Shown here one piece after another: positions 42,912 to 55,499 of a stretch of DNA of 64,000 nucleotides; position 1 is the first letter of the stretch, and each line of letters begins with the position of its first letter. The stretch covers positions 12,958,001 to 13,022,000 of the forward strand of contig OX597842.1 of assembly GCA_951406725.2 (NCBI GenBank), given 5' to 3'. Both the position numbers and the translations under genes were made by a program. The notes beneath the pieces were generated by a model that worked only from the letters and a program-made list of their open reading frames with translations, was not told the DNA's origin and ran no database searches. This stretch comes from Octopus vulgaris (Eukaryota).

Positions 42912-43132
42912 GTGTGTGCGTCTGTATTTCTGTGTTTGTATATATCTTTCCACCATCGCTTGAGAACCGATGTTGGTGTGTTTACGTCCCTGTAGTCTAG
43001 CGGTTCGGCAATGGCGAACGACTGAATAAGTACTAGACTTACAAAGAATAAGCTTTAGGGTCGGTTTGTCGAACTAAAGGCTGTGCTCCAGCATGGCCGC
43101 AGTTAAATTACCGTAACAAGTAAAAGAGTAAT
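42910..43132 (+). mobile_element. 3' half of the tRNA-derived SINE, diverged
   Basis: Aligns by eye to 44730-44945. Confidence 0.7.
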
Positions 43133-43139
43133 AGAAGAA

Positions 43140-43790
43140 AATATCACTTTATTGACAATTAAAAAACAACAAAGATCAATCAATCGAAAAGGTAATCCCT
43201 CGTTATCGATCAATTTTGCCATCTTTCAGGCAAAGTCTTGAATCCTTTCATCCAGAAATCACGTGGCTTTGAATCAATAAATTCGTAAAGGAACGATTTC
43301 ACATCTTCTTCGTTTTCGAACTCTGTATCGCCACTTACGCTTTGCAAGGCAGAGACTAAATGATAGCCCGAAGGAGCAAGGTCAGGAGAATGCGGTGGGT
43401 TCACCATAATCTCCCAGCTCGCCTCCTTCGGCTTCTTTCACGTCTTCTTTGTACGATGGTGATGATGCGTTGTCTTGGTCGTCAATTAGCTTCAAATTTG
43501 AGCGTTTTTCGGCCAGCGCGATCTTTAGATGGTCAATTTGTTTGCAGTAGACATCCTTGTCAACGGTATGGGAGAAGATCCAACGTGATCACACCACGGC
43601 AATCCCACCCAACTGAGATCCTAACCTTCTTTTTCCACAAGCTGTTCTTTTGGCAAAGGTTTTGGTTCTTGATCTTTGCTATACCAGGATCGTCTGCGCC
43701 TCACATTGGAGTACAGAACCCACTTTTCATCCATAGAGATTACTGACTCCAACCAAAGTTCAGCAAAATTTAGATTCAAATGAATATGGT
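43140..43790 (-). mobile_element. Degenerate mariner transposase relic
   Basis: ORF 43210..43407 PPHSPDLAPSGYHL ... LPERWQ (mariner YSPDLAPSD motif); boundaries approximate. Confidence 0.8.
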
Positions 43791-43845
43791 ACTTAAGTTA
43801 GATGGGGTGATTATAATCAAAATAAGCAACAAGAATATCTTCGGT

Positions 43846-43936
43846 AATTTGGTACGATCGTTTCACGCTACATCATTTTATTAAACATTGTAAATATCAC
43901 AACAGTTTTAAAATGTTGAGCAATCGTCAGCCATTT
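43846..43936 (-). ncRNA. Hammerhead ribozyme-like motif in the inverted pLTR
   Basis: Reverse complement of the 47835-47925 motif. Confidence 0.6.
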
Positions 43937-43937
43937 A

Positions 43938-44024
<87 letters not shown>

Positions 44025-44535
44025 TACTACTACTACTTTTATTATTATTATTACCATTATTATTGTTGTTACTATTTATTCCATCTCTAGCTAACTTTAT
44101 ATTTGTACTATTAAGTCTAGCTATTATGGTAGCCATATTTGGAAGATTAAATGGGTCATATAACTTTGAATTTAAGTCTAAGGTAACGTCTAAGGTAAAG
44201 GAGGGTGAAGTTTACCAAATACGTAAATAAATTATCAATTCACCCCCCTAATATACTAAAATCAATAGTGAAAAATATTTCTCGGAGAATTTCAAAATTC
44301 TCATCGAATATTGAAAATTTTGACTCTCACTCGAATCATTATAATGTTCCAATATCTAGGGCTGGATACCACCAGGAAATCCCCTTCCGGGATCTTGATA
44401 ACATAAATCTCTTAAACGATGAAGTGAATGTAAATAGCTCAAGTAATATAGAATCTCATACTCTAAATAAAAAGCAATCAATAGAAGAAAAGAACCTAAT
44501 ATATAAACTCAATAATATGAATGAAAATAGTAAAC

Positions 44536-44947
44536 AGGAGTGGCTGTGTGGTAAGTAGCTTGTTTACCAACCACATGGTTCCGGGTTCAGTCCCACTGCG
44601 TGGCACCTTGGGCAAGTGTCTTCTACTATAGCCCCGGGCCGACCAAAGCTTTGTGAGTGGATTTGGTAGACGTAAACTGAAAGAAGCGCATCGTATATAT
44701 GTATATATATATATATATATGCGTGTGTGTGTTTGTGTGTCTGTGTTTGTCCACCTAGCATTGCTTGACAACCGATGCTGGTGTGTTTATGTCCCCGTTT
44801 CTTAGCGGTTAGGCAAAAGAGACCGATAGAATAAGTACTGGGCTTACAAAGAATAAGTCCCGGGGTCGAGTTGCTCGACTAAAGGCGGTGCTCCAGCATG
44901 GCCGCAGTCAAATGACTGAAACAAGTAAAAGAGTAAAGAGTAAAAGA
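44536..44947 (+). mobile_element. tRNA-derived SINE with (GTAAAAGA)n-like tail
   Basis: TGGCTGTGTGGTAAG / GGTTCAGTCCC A/B-box-like head, internal (TA/TG)n, multiple copies in the window. Confidence 0.85.
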
Positions 44948-44989
44948 GATCACAAATAAATATGAACATGTTAAACCAGATAAAATATA

Positions 44990-45372
44990 TACTCTTTTAT
45001 TTGTTTCAGTCATTTGACTGCGGCCATGCTGGAGCACTGCCTTTAGTCGAGCAAATCGACCCCAGGACTTATTCTTTGTAAGCCTAGTACTTATTCTATC
45101 GGTCTCTTTTTGCCGAACCGATAAGTTACGGGGACGTAAACACACCAGCATCGGTTTTCAAGTGATGTTGGCAGGATAAACACAGACACACACATACATA
45201 TATATACATATATACGACAGGCTTCTTTCAGTTTCCGTCTACCAAATCCACTCACAAGGCTTTGGTCGGCCCGAGGCTGTAGTAGAAGACGCTTGCCCAA
45301 GGTCCCACGCAGTGGGACTGAACCCGGAACCATGTGGTTGGTAAGCAAGCTACTTATCACACAGCCACTCCT
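44990..45372 (-). mobile_element. Same SINE, opposite orientation
   Basis: Reverse complement of 44536-44930. Confidence 0.85.
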
Positions 45373-45748
45373 AATAATATAAAAATCTCTCCCACAAAGA
45401 AAAAACCTAATAAACATAAATATAAGACTAAAAGGAATAATGAATCTAGTAAGAATATAGATAACATTAATCTTTCCCACCCTTACTCAAATAAAAAAAA
45501 ACAAAGAAAAAAACGTTATATGGTTAAATATCCCCTTCAACTGGGCGATCTCTTCGAATATATACAGTAGATTTATGTCTATATTAGAAAAAACTTCCCA
45601 GCTTCCCATAAATATCATTAAATAATTTCTAAGAAATCAGTAAGAATATCATATTCTATTCTTCCCAATATGGCTACCATAATAGGTAGACTTAATAGTA
45701 AAAATATAATGTTAGCTAGAGGTGGAATAAATAGTAACAACAATAAGA

Positions 45749-45830
<82 letters not shown>

Positions 45831-45831
<1 letters not shown>

Positions 45832-46120
45832 TAGGTAACTAGAATGTGGAATCTGAAAACAGAAACAATTCCTATCATAGTAGGTGCATTAGGCATGATA
45901 AAAAAATATTCAGACAAATACATAACAAAATCACCAGGACTTACAAACACATATAACATACAGAAAATTGCACTACTAGGCACTGCACACATCCTACGCA
46001 GAACACTTTCCATACAATAACCATCAGAGCATCACAACAAATCACAGCACATACCCAAGGCACACAGAGCTGCGCTCGGTAGTGAAGTGAAAGCACGCTA
46101 TAAAAATAAAACTACTGAAT
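45831..46120 (+). mobile_element. R4/Dong-like 3' fragment inserted in an (AAT)n tract of the Penelope element
   Basis: Reverse complement of 938-1227; (AAT)n on both sides. Confidence 0.85.
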
Positions 46121-47834
46121 AATAATAATAATAATAACAACAACATTAATATAAATAGTGATAATGACAACATCAATAATATAGGTAATAAAGATAAAGA
46201 TGTAGTAGGTGAGGATAGTGAGAATGGATTAATAACTAGTAACCCCAATTTACATAACAATATAACTACTGTTAGAGGAAATAACACTAATACTAATAAT
46301 AACTCTAGTAACGAAAATGAAAACGAATTGTCCATAAATAATACTAGTACCATGAATTATCCCCCAGTTGTAATTGTAGGATTAGATCGAAATGCCCGGT
46401 TTCTGGCCACTGTTTGGTCCAAAATATAATTTATGAATGTACAATAGTGACTTCAAATAACAACTATCTTAATTTCGGTTGTTCGGTGGATTTAAAAAAC
46501 GTTTAAACAATCATTTTTCCTCCTTTAGGCTTAAACACAAGGCAGGTTGCACAACATTGTCTAGTAAAATTTGGGAACTGAGAAGGAATAATATAGAATT
46601 TAATCTGAAATGGGATATAGTAAGGAAAGCACGGCCTTATAAAAATAGTAGAGTTGGTTGTGAAATTTGTTCTATGGAAACATATGAAATTTTAAAACAT
46701 AGGAATAATACAAATCTGTTAAATAACCGTTCTGAACTAGGATCATCTTGCATACATCGCATAACCCGTACGTTTAAATATTTTAAATAATAATATTGTG
46801 ACCATTCCTAAATTTTTCAAATTCTAATTCTGTATAACTAAATAAGAATGAATGTACCATATCAGCTTTTATTCAACATGCATAGATTACTAAAAAACTG
46901 TATTGCATATTTAGAATTAAATTCTCTCTTTTTTTGATAATCTCCTATATTAAATAGTATATATTCTATGTCCCTAAGGAAACTACTCAGTTCATCTTGA
47001 TTACTTCACTTACATTTCATAATATATCATTAACCCAGGATATTTTTACCTAACTGATTAGCTTTTCTCTGAGGGTAGTAAATATTATGTCTAACTGATT
47101 CTTTAATTTAATTCATTAATAACAATTCACTATCTACTAAATCTGAGAAATTTACTCTTCTTGATTACTTCTCTTACTAAAACCTAAGAAAATTATTCAT
47201 CTTGATAACTCCTCTTCCATTTTTTCTAATATATATAATTGACCTTTAATATATTCACTTTATTAATAAGACTTTTGTCCACATTTATTGAGTATTATGC
47301 CTACTCATAATAAATGATAGATTTTTCTCCAAAATTAATAAATATTAGATTTATAATTTTTCCTTTAATCCAACGTATCAAAATAATCAAAACCTACTAG
47401 CTAAGTATAAAGCTGATGTATATAAGTGTAAAGGAATCTCTGTATTCTCTATAACTTTTTGGTATATAGGTGGTCATTGTGACCATCTAGCATTGACCTA
47501 GTTTCCTTGATACAAAATCTGTTTGCCAAATAGCAGTAAACAACGTCTTGGGTATTATAACCCCCTTTTTACTTTAATTTCTTTAGGAATAACTTCTGAC
47601 ATTTATTTCTCTCCTATTTCTATAAATAAATAATCTCTTTTGTCTCCATTCAACTGAATATACTTCCCCACCTTCTAGCAGTTCAAAATAACTTAAAGAG
47701 TATTCTTCAGTCAGAAGATAATTTCTACTACCTTAATGTTCTTAAAATTCAAATAGACATCTCTGTCTATATATCTACCCTCTCTATAATGTTATCAATC
47801 AATATGAAAATATGTATTAATGGAAAAATTCTAT

Positions 47835-47925
47835 AAATGGCTGACGATTGCTCAACATTTTAAAACTGTTGTAATACTTACAATGTTTAATAAAATGATG
47901 TAGCGTGAAACGATCGTACCAAATT
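47835..47925 (+). ncRNA. Hammerhead ribozyme-like motif (type I) in Penelope pLTR
   Basis: tgg-CTGACGA-(long stem II)-GAAA-cgatcg-TA-cca with palindromic stem III; first stem II pair is mismatched. Confidence 0.6.
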
Positions 47926-47953
47926 ACCGAAGATATTCTTGTTGCTTATTTTG

Positions 47954-47994
<41 letters not shown>

Positions 47995-48289
47995 TAATTG
48001 ATAACAAATATGTGTAAGGGATCCATGCAAGCAAATTAGCAGGTGCTTACTATTGCTTGGTAATCTCGCAATCGAATACTAGGTATGGGTGGGGGAAATT
48101 AGAAATTTACCCAGGATCTATGAGGCAAATAAGAAAATGGAGAGTATAAATAATCGCCAAACATCAGCCAGTAAACATTCAATTATATCTATTCATTAAT
48201 TGATAACAAATATGTGTAAGTGATCCATGCAAACAATTGAAATAAGCCAATAAATACGTAAACATATATATATATATATCTCCAAACCT

Positions 48290-48370
<81 letters not shown>

Positions 48371-48699
48371 GGATGAGAGAGAGGGAGGGAGGGGAGAGAA
48401 ATAAATTAATAATAATAAATGAGTGTATAAATACTAAACTCTTACGGCCGTTTCTACCATGAGGCTGCAATATCTTCCAAGTTATCCTCATCACGTGAGT
48501 GATATACAGGGATGAACAAACATTGGACAGGGATTGGACAATGGCTGAGCCTCAAGGCTTCTTCAGAGTGATCAAATGTTAGTAAACTAACATGTGAGGA
48601 AGTAAGTTAAAATAATAGGGTAAAATAAGATAAAAATGATATTATAGAAATAGTAAGGAATGACATGCATAAGATCTGGTCATCAAATCCAAGTAGAGA

Positions 48700-49300
48700 C
48701 TTCTGTTTTTGATTCGACGGTCATTCGGAATGCTCACAGCAGCCATATTCCTGCCACTCTATGTCACGCTGGTGAGACCCATATTGGAGTATGGGATTCA
48801 AGCCTCTTCTCCTTATCTCCTCAAAGACATACAGCACCTCGAAAGAGTCCAGAGGCAGGCTACCCGCATGGTTCATGGTCTCAAAAATTTGTCCTACGAA
48901 GAAAGGCTGAGGACGCTCGACCTTTATTCTCTTGAAAAACGCCGCCGCCGTGGTGATCTCATTCTCGCCCACAACATCATAAGCGGGAAGTGTAACCTCT
49001 CGAAAGAGCTGTTCTTCACTCCTGCTCCGGAGCGTCGGCTGCGGGGTTATTCCGAAAAGCTCTACCTGCGACGATTTCATCTCAATCGAAGGAGAGGAGC
49101 TTTCTCCGTCCAGGTTGCGGATCCGTGGAACAGGCTGCCGGACGAGATGGTGAAGATGCCGACGACCGCTTTGTTCAAACCTCCCTGGACCTCAAGTGGC
49201 CTGAACTCTTTACATGAACACCACCCTGTACTTAACTCCATGTCCCCCTACATGGCCTTGCTATTTGCATTTGAGCCAAATTAACTAACTAACTAACTAA
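48700..49300 (+). mobile_element. 3' fragment of a CR1-group LINE with (TAAC)n tail
   Basis: ORF 48709..49284 LYVTLVRPILEY..LERVQRQATRMV..LSYEERL..SLEKRRRRGDLI..WNRLP. Confidence 0.88.
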
Positions 49301-49730
49301 CTTCAAACTTGAAATCTTCAAAGCCACAGTCGAACCAATTCTACTCTATGGCTCAGAAACCTGCACGTTATCAAAGAAGCTTGAGAGGCGGTTGGATGGA
49401 ACCTACACTCGCCTCCTTATGAGAGCTCAAAATCTCTCGTGGAAGCGCCATCCAACCAAAGTACAAATACATGGGAAACTACCACCTGTGTCATCTCTTG
49501 TGAAAGGTAGGAGAGTCCAGTTTGCTGGACACTGTTGTAGAGCTGAAAAAGAGGTAATTTCTACTCTTCTCCTCTGGAAGCCATCTGCTCGCAATACCAG
49601 AGGGCGCACACTCTCCTACCCTGATGTAATCTCCAGGGATACACGCATCCAGCAACAGGACCTCCGTGATGCTATGATGGACCGTGAAGTCTGGCGTAGC
49701 ATGGTAAATTCCATTGTCTCGACCACGGTC
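49301..49730 (+). mobile_element. 3' fragment of an RTE-clade LINE
   Basis: IFKATVEPILLYGSET..LDGTYTRLL..FAGHC.R..LLW..DREVWR; the (ATG)n tail follows the array at ~51555. Confidence 0.8.
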
Positions 49731-51550
49731 GCAATACCAGAGGGCGCACACTCTCATACCCTGATATAATCTCCAGGGATACAGGCATCCAGCAACAGGA
49801 CCTCCGTGATGCTATGATGGAGAGTGAAGTCTGGCGTAGCATGGTAAATTCCATTGTCTCGACCACGGTCGCAATACCAGAGGGCGCACATTCTCCTACC
49901 CTGATGTAATCTCCAGGGATACAGGCATCCAGCAACAGGACCTCCGTGATGCTATGATGGAGAGTGAAGTCTGGCGTAGCATGGTAAATTCCATTGTCTC
50001 GACCACGGTCGCAATACCAGAGGGCGCACACTCTCCTACCCTGATGTAATCTCCAGGGATACAGGCATCCAGCAACAGGACCTCCGTGATGCTATGATGG
50101 AGCGTGAAGTCTGGCGTAGCATAGTAAATTCCATTGTCTCGACCACGGTCGCAATACCAGAGGGCGCACATTCTCCTACCCTGATGTAATCTCCAGGGGT
50201 ACAGGCATCCAGCAACAGGACCTCCGTGATGCTATGATGGACCGTGAAGTCTGGCGTAGCATGGTAAATTCCATTGTCTCGACCACGGTCGCAATACCAG
50301 AGGGCGCACATTCTCCTACCCTGATGTAATCTCCAGGGATACAGGCATCCAGCAACAGGACCTCCGTGATGCTATGATGGACCGTGAAGTCTGGCGTAGC
50401 ATGGTAAATTCCATTGTCTCGACCACGGTCGCAATACCAGAGGGCGCACATTCTCCTACCCTGATGTAATCTCCAGGGATACAGGCATCCAGCAACAGCA
50501 CCTCCGTGATGCTATGATGGAGCGTGAAGTCTGGCGTAGCATAGTAAATTCCATTGTCTCGACCACGGTCGCAATACCAGAGGGTGCACATTCTCCTACC
50601 CTGATGTAATCTCCAGGGGTACAGGCATCCAGCAACAGGACCTCCGTGATGCTATGATGGACCGCGAATTCTGGCGTAGCATGGTAAATTCCATTGTCTC
50701 GACCACGGTCGCAATACCAGAGGGCGCACATTCTCCTACCCTGATGTAATCTCCAGGGGTACAGGCATCCAGCAACAGGACCTCCGTGATGCTATGATGG
50801 AGCGGAAGTCTGGCGTAGCATAGTAAATTCCATTGTCTCGACCACGGTCGCAATACCAGAGGGCGCACATTCTCCTACCCTGATGTAATCTCCAGGGGTA
50901 CAGGCATCCAGCAACAGGACCTCCGTGATGCTATGATGGAGCGTGAAGTCTGGCGTAGCATAGTAAATTCCATTGTCTCGACCACGGTCGCAATACCAGA
51001 GGGCGCACATTCTCCTACCCTGATGTAATCTCCAGGGATACAGGCATCCAGCAACAGGACCTCCGTGATGCTATGATGGAGCGTGAAGTCTGGCGTAGCA
51101 TAGTAAATTCCATTGTCTCGACCTCGGTCGCAATACCAGAGGGCGCACATTCTCCTACCCTGATGTAATATCCAGGGATACAGGCATCCAGCAACAGGAC
51201 CTCCGTGATGCTATGATGGAGCGTGAAGTCTGGCGTAGCATGGTAAATTCCATTGTCTCGACCACGGTCGCAATACCAGAGGGCGCACATTCTCCTACCC
51301 TGATGTAATCTCCAGGGATACAGGCATCCAGCAACAGGACCTTCGTGATGCTATGATGGAGCGTGAAGTCTGGCGTAGCATGGTAAATTCCATTGTCTCG
51401 ACCACGGTCGCAATACCAGAGGGCGCACATTCTCCTACCCTGATGTAATCTCCAGGGGTACAGGCATCCAGCAACAGGACCTCCGTGATGCTATGATGGA
51501 CCGTGAAGTCTGGCGTAGCATGGTAAATTCCATTGTCTCGACCACGGTCG
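49591..51550 (+). repeat. 140-bp tandem array x14 made of the RTE 3' end
   Basis: Units begin gcaataccagaggg at 49591, 49731, 49871 ... 51410. Confidence 0.95.
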
Positions 51551-51774
51551 AACAATGATGATGATGAAGTAATGGTAAGAACATCGTTTAAATGTGATAT
51601 CATGCAATACACAGTTACCCGTCTTTAACTGTAGTCTATAAGTCTAAAAATATTTTAACTCACACATTTTCACATTCACCCTTATATTTCAGACATTTAC
51701 TCGTAAGCTTGAAATTATTACTCAGATCTTCCCGTAACGTAATAACACTTCCCAAACACTGTTTTAGTGTATGA

Positions 51775-52302
51775 CTAGCAGCATAGCCCGGCGTTGCCCG
51801 GGTATGTAAGAGCCCCTAGTAGGCAACGACTAATCCCAATCTAGTCCTTTCCCTCTAATTTCCTGCCAATTTGTGAAAGATATTGTCGAAAATATGTCAT
51901 CTTGAATTTGAACGCGAATTCCCAAAATGGCATGATTTTATCGATTTTTTCTGATGGTAAGGTATTGCATGGAAAACTAACGTCAGAATTAAGTTTCTTA
52001 GGGTAACATTAAGCTTCACCATGAGTTTGGTGAAAATCGATTGCAAGTTGCGAAAACTACAACAGAAAATGTGTTGCATATAAAAAGCTTAGATTCTCGA
52101 CCCCATGTCGAATTTATCGATTCTTTTCAGAACTGGGGGAACTTTTCAAAATTTTCGCTGCGTTAGTTTTGAATTATGACATTGGGCTATGTGTGTGTCA
52201 AGTTTCATCAGAATCGGTTGAAAGCCATGGCCAGGGTGAGGGTACAACCTAACAGACACACAGACACGCAGACAGACAAACTGCCGTTTATATATAGAGA
52301 GA
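51775..52302 (-). mobile_element. Non-autonomous Helitron
   Basis: On the - strand A|TC...CTAG|T termini, subterminal hairpin CCCGGGCAACGCCGGG, (CTGT)n near the 5' end. Confidence 0.8.
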
Positions 52303-52391
52303 TGATTCACCTATATTAACATCATATTTCCTTCATTTACATAAATATGAATGAACTTGTTGAACAGTGTTTAATAAGTAAAATCATATTT

Positions 52392-52792
52392 TTCTTTGTA
52401 GTTTCAGCTCATAGCTGTGGCCATGTTGGAGCACCACCGTTTTGCTACACTGTTATTACTGAGATCTTCTTCTAATTAGCGGCACTTGGTGTAGAATGGC
52501 GTTTGATGTAGCTACCCTCATTTGCACCTCTTGCCGTAAGGAAGGCTCATCTGGGACTCTCGACAGGAAGAGATCCAGGCTTGATTTAAAAACGCCTACA
52601 TCTACTTTGTGTAGATTCCTCAGGCTCTTTGGGAGAATATTGAAAAGCTGTGGGTCCCTGAAACCCAGGCTGTTGCAGTAACTAGTCCTGAAGCGCAATG
52701 GCTTTGCTGGGATTTTCAGCAATGTGCAGTGTCGATCCGTTCTGGCTTTCAATGCCAAAATTTAACACAATTACTTCCAGGATCTTCCAGAG
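52392..52792 (-). mobile_element. 3' fragment of a LINE related to 58306-62225
   Basis: ORF 52456..52758 SLGFRDPQLFNILPKSLRNLH..LDLFLSRVPDEP. Confidence 0.85.
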
Positions 52793-52914
52793 GTATTTTA
52801 TGTATTTAATATTTTTATATAAGTACTCATATCTACACAAATTTACACTAGTAAATTTAATAGTAAAGTAGGAAGGAAGAACGTCTGAAATCTTTGGAAA
52901 AAATTACACAGATT

Positions 52915-53445
52915 AAAGGTAATTATACCTGTTTAGGACAGGTATAATTTCCAACACAGGAACATGTATCATACATTAAAATGAAGCTGGTCCTCTGTGG
53001 ATCCACATCCCTACTTCTCAACATAGTCATCGTTTCTCTCAATAGCAATGTTCCACCTTCGAATGAGAGCATGTATCCCTGCCTTGTAAAATTCTGTCGA
53101 CTGTTCTTTGAGCCTTTTCTTCACTACAGTTTTCACTTCCTCGTCACTGGAATAATGTTTGCCTCTCAATCCCTCTTTCATGGGGCCGAAGAGATGATAG
53201 TCCAGTGACGAGGAAGTGAAAACTGTAGTGAAGAAGTGGCTCAAAGAACAGTCAACAGAAATTTACGGGGATACATGCTCTCATTCGAAGGTGGAACATT
53301 GCTATTGAGAGAAACGATGATTAGGTTGAGAAGTAGGGATGTGATCCACAGAGGACCAGCTTCATTTTGATGTATGATACATGTTCCTGTGTTGGTAATT
53401 ATACCTGTCCTAAACAAAATGGCATTACTTTTTGACTCACCCTCG
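52915..53445. mobile_element. Rearranged mariner 3' end present as an inverted pair
   Basis: DYHLFGPMKEGLRG..GIHALIRRW..DYVEK (53011..53244, -), the same segment on + from ~53200, TIR-like ttactttttgactcaccctcg|TA. Confidence 0.8.
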
Positions 53446-53744
53446 TATATATATATAACGGGAAGCTTTATGAAAATAGACAAAAGACGAAGGTAGGTGG
53501 GAAACAAACAAACAATTGTATTAGTATGGCGCTCAGGAAATATAAATAAAACAAGTCGTTAACGTTTCGAGCCTACGCTCTTCAACAGAAAAATACACAG
53601 AGAGAAAAAAAACACAGAAAGAAGGAGAGAAAAAAATGCGTGCAGTAACTATATATAAATTCATAAATAAGGATAATATCGATATTTAAATATCGATATA
53701 ATCAAGTGGTCAGCATGGGAATAAATACCATACAAAGGTAATAA

Positions 53745-53875
53745 TTTTTACAACTATGAATAAGGGTGTCTGCTGAAATAGCAGTCAAATCTCTGGTGGT
53801 TTCTAGAGTCAGGGATTTGACTGCTATTTCAGCATGGTGGTGTCTCTCAGACACCCTTATTTATAGTTGTAAAAA
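53745..53875. repeat. Foldback / MITE-like palindrome
   Basis: tttttacaactatgaataagggtgtctg...cagacacccttatttatagttgtaaaaa with inner arms ctgaaatagcagtcaaatc / gatttgactgctatttcag. Confidence 0.75.
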
Positions 53876-54348
53876 AAAAAAAAATATATATATATGATGT
53901 CTGCCCTCTCGTTATCGTGTATGGCCATTGCGCGAAGCTTAATCAATGTTGTTATCGTGCAATGCCTGTGCAAGAATATTTGTTTTAAAGTGAGGAAAGG
54001 CTGGGCACTGAGTCAATCCCACTCACTAAGCAACAGCAGCCATAATCCGAAAAGAAGAACAAGTCAACATCATCGGTAACCACTGAGCTGCAGGTTTTAT
54101 GTCGGAGTTATCCCAGTTGCCTGAGTTGCCTTCTCCTAGAAGGATGTCCTAAGAAAGGCTAGGAGTTCTTCACTCCCAATGGTTTAACTGCGCGATCGAG
54201 TATTCAGTCCGATTAATTCTATGTCCCCGTGCATGATATAGCCTTAAAACATTTATTGGATGGCCGTTGACTCTCAAGAGTTCCTCCACCCTTTGACGGG
54301 TTTTGTTTATCATCCCGCGGGGTGTCCAATAAACACCCTCCCCAGCAA

Positions 54349-54443
<95 letters not shown>

Positions 54444-54446
<3 letters not shown>

Positions 54447-55207
54447 AACATATAAGGGATGGTCATAATAGGACATCCGACTCACTAGAAAGAGCAGCCA
54501 AACTCCAAACCACTAATAGTTGTAATTCTGAAATGGAAAGAGAAATAAAAACGTTTACCCTCTCCTTTCTGGACTATGCATAGTTTCGGCAGTTTATATT
54601 TACTGGTGAGTAAACCGCGCGAGCGTGGTGGATTTTGAAAATTTATAGCATATAGACTCGAGGCATGTTTATCATCGCCTCGTGGATATATGTTAGTCCT
54701 TGGCTTTTCGGCTGACGAGGCAACGCCAGTGGTAAATAAATAAATTTATTTACAAAAGATTGCCGAAACTATGCATAGTCCAGAGAGGAGAGGGTAAACG
54801 TCTTTATTTCTCTTTCCATTTCAGAATTACAACTATTAGTGGTTTGGAGTTTGGCTACTCTTTCTAGTGAGTCGGATGTCCTATTATGGCCATCCCTTAT
54901 ATGTTTGAATGTATATTATATAGTCTATTGACTATTTTTGCTTTCTCACTTGACCGCTGATAGCGGAGAATTTTTCTAGAATTTTTTGCTACCCTAAAAT
55001 TTATTAAGTAATGATTTTTTGGCTAATTTTGAAATTAAATCGGCAGTTTATATTTACTGTTGAGTAAACCGCGCGAGCGTGGTGGATTTTGAAAATTTAT
55101 AGCATATAGACTCGAGGCATGTTTATCATCGCCTCGTGGATATATGTTAGTCCTTGGCTCTTCTGCTGACGAGGCAACGCCAGTGGTAAATAAATAAATT
55201 TATTTAC
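54444..55207 (+). mobile_element. Retrozyme/Penelope pLTR-like non-coding element (direct + inverted partial repeats)
   Basis: 54586-54753 repeats at 55041-55207; 54444-54590 is the reverse complement of 54761-54908; contains a hammerhead. Confidence 0.75.
54705..54787 (+). ncRNA. Hammerhead ribozyme (type I)
   Basis: CTGACGA-GGCAA..TTGCC-GAAA-CTATGCATAG-TC-cagag: canonical core, 5-bp stem II, palindromic stem III, GUC cleavage triplet. Confidence 0.8.
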
Positions 55208-55262
55208 GAAATGTGGATGTAAAGAAAGATATAAAAACCGGAAAGAATGGCTTCGTATTTAC

Positions 55263-55346
55263 GTGAATGTTCTACACGGTGTATTCAACCAACACCAGTT
55301 TCTTTTTCTGTAGGTCACGCGTCGAGGACATCTATATGTACAGACC
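55263..55346 (-). CDS. EMI-like domain, first half: [27 protein letters not shown](T)
   Basis: tttctttttttcag acceptor, gtaaat donor, 84 bp, phase 2-2. The Cys/Tyr/Arg pattern resembles EMI domains. Confidence 0.8.
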
Positions 55347-55499
55347 CTGAAAAAAAGAAAGTAATATATGTATTTGTATATATATATATATATATATATA
55401 TCATATACTTGTGTATGTATGTATATATATATATATGTATATATATGTATATATATATATGTTTGTATATGTATATATATATATATATATATACATATA

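Larger units (their letters stand above)
43810..47958 (+). mobile_element. Degenerate Penelope-like element (RT thumb, linker, GIY-YIG) with inverted pseudo-LTRs and nested SINE/Dong insertions
   Basis: YVNKLSIHPPNILKSI..ISRRIS (44205..44558), CNC..CP..C linker, FKKRLNNH..TTLS..IW..C..C..E..LLNNRSEL..CIHR (46479..46790); 43810-43939 is the reverse complement of 47832-47958. Confidence 0.85.

Noticed and set aside
49491-51612. Series of 91-aa minus-strand ORFs
   Set aside because: Artefacts of the 140-bp tandem array
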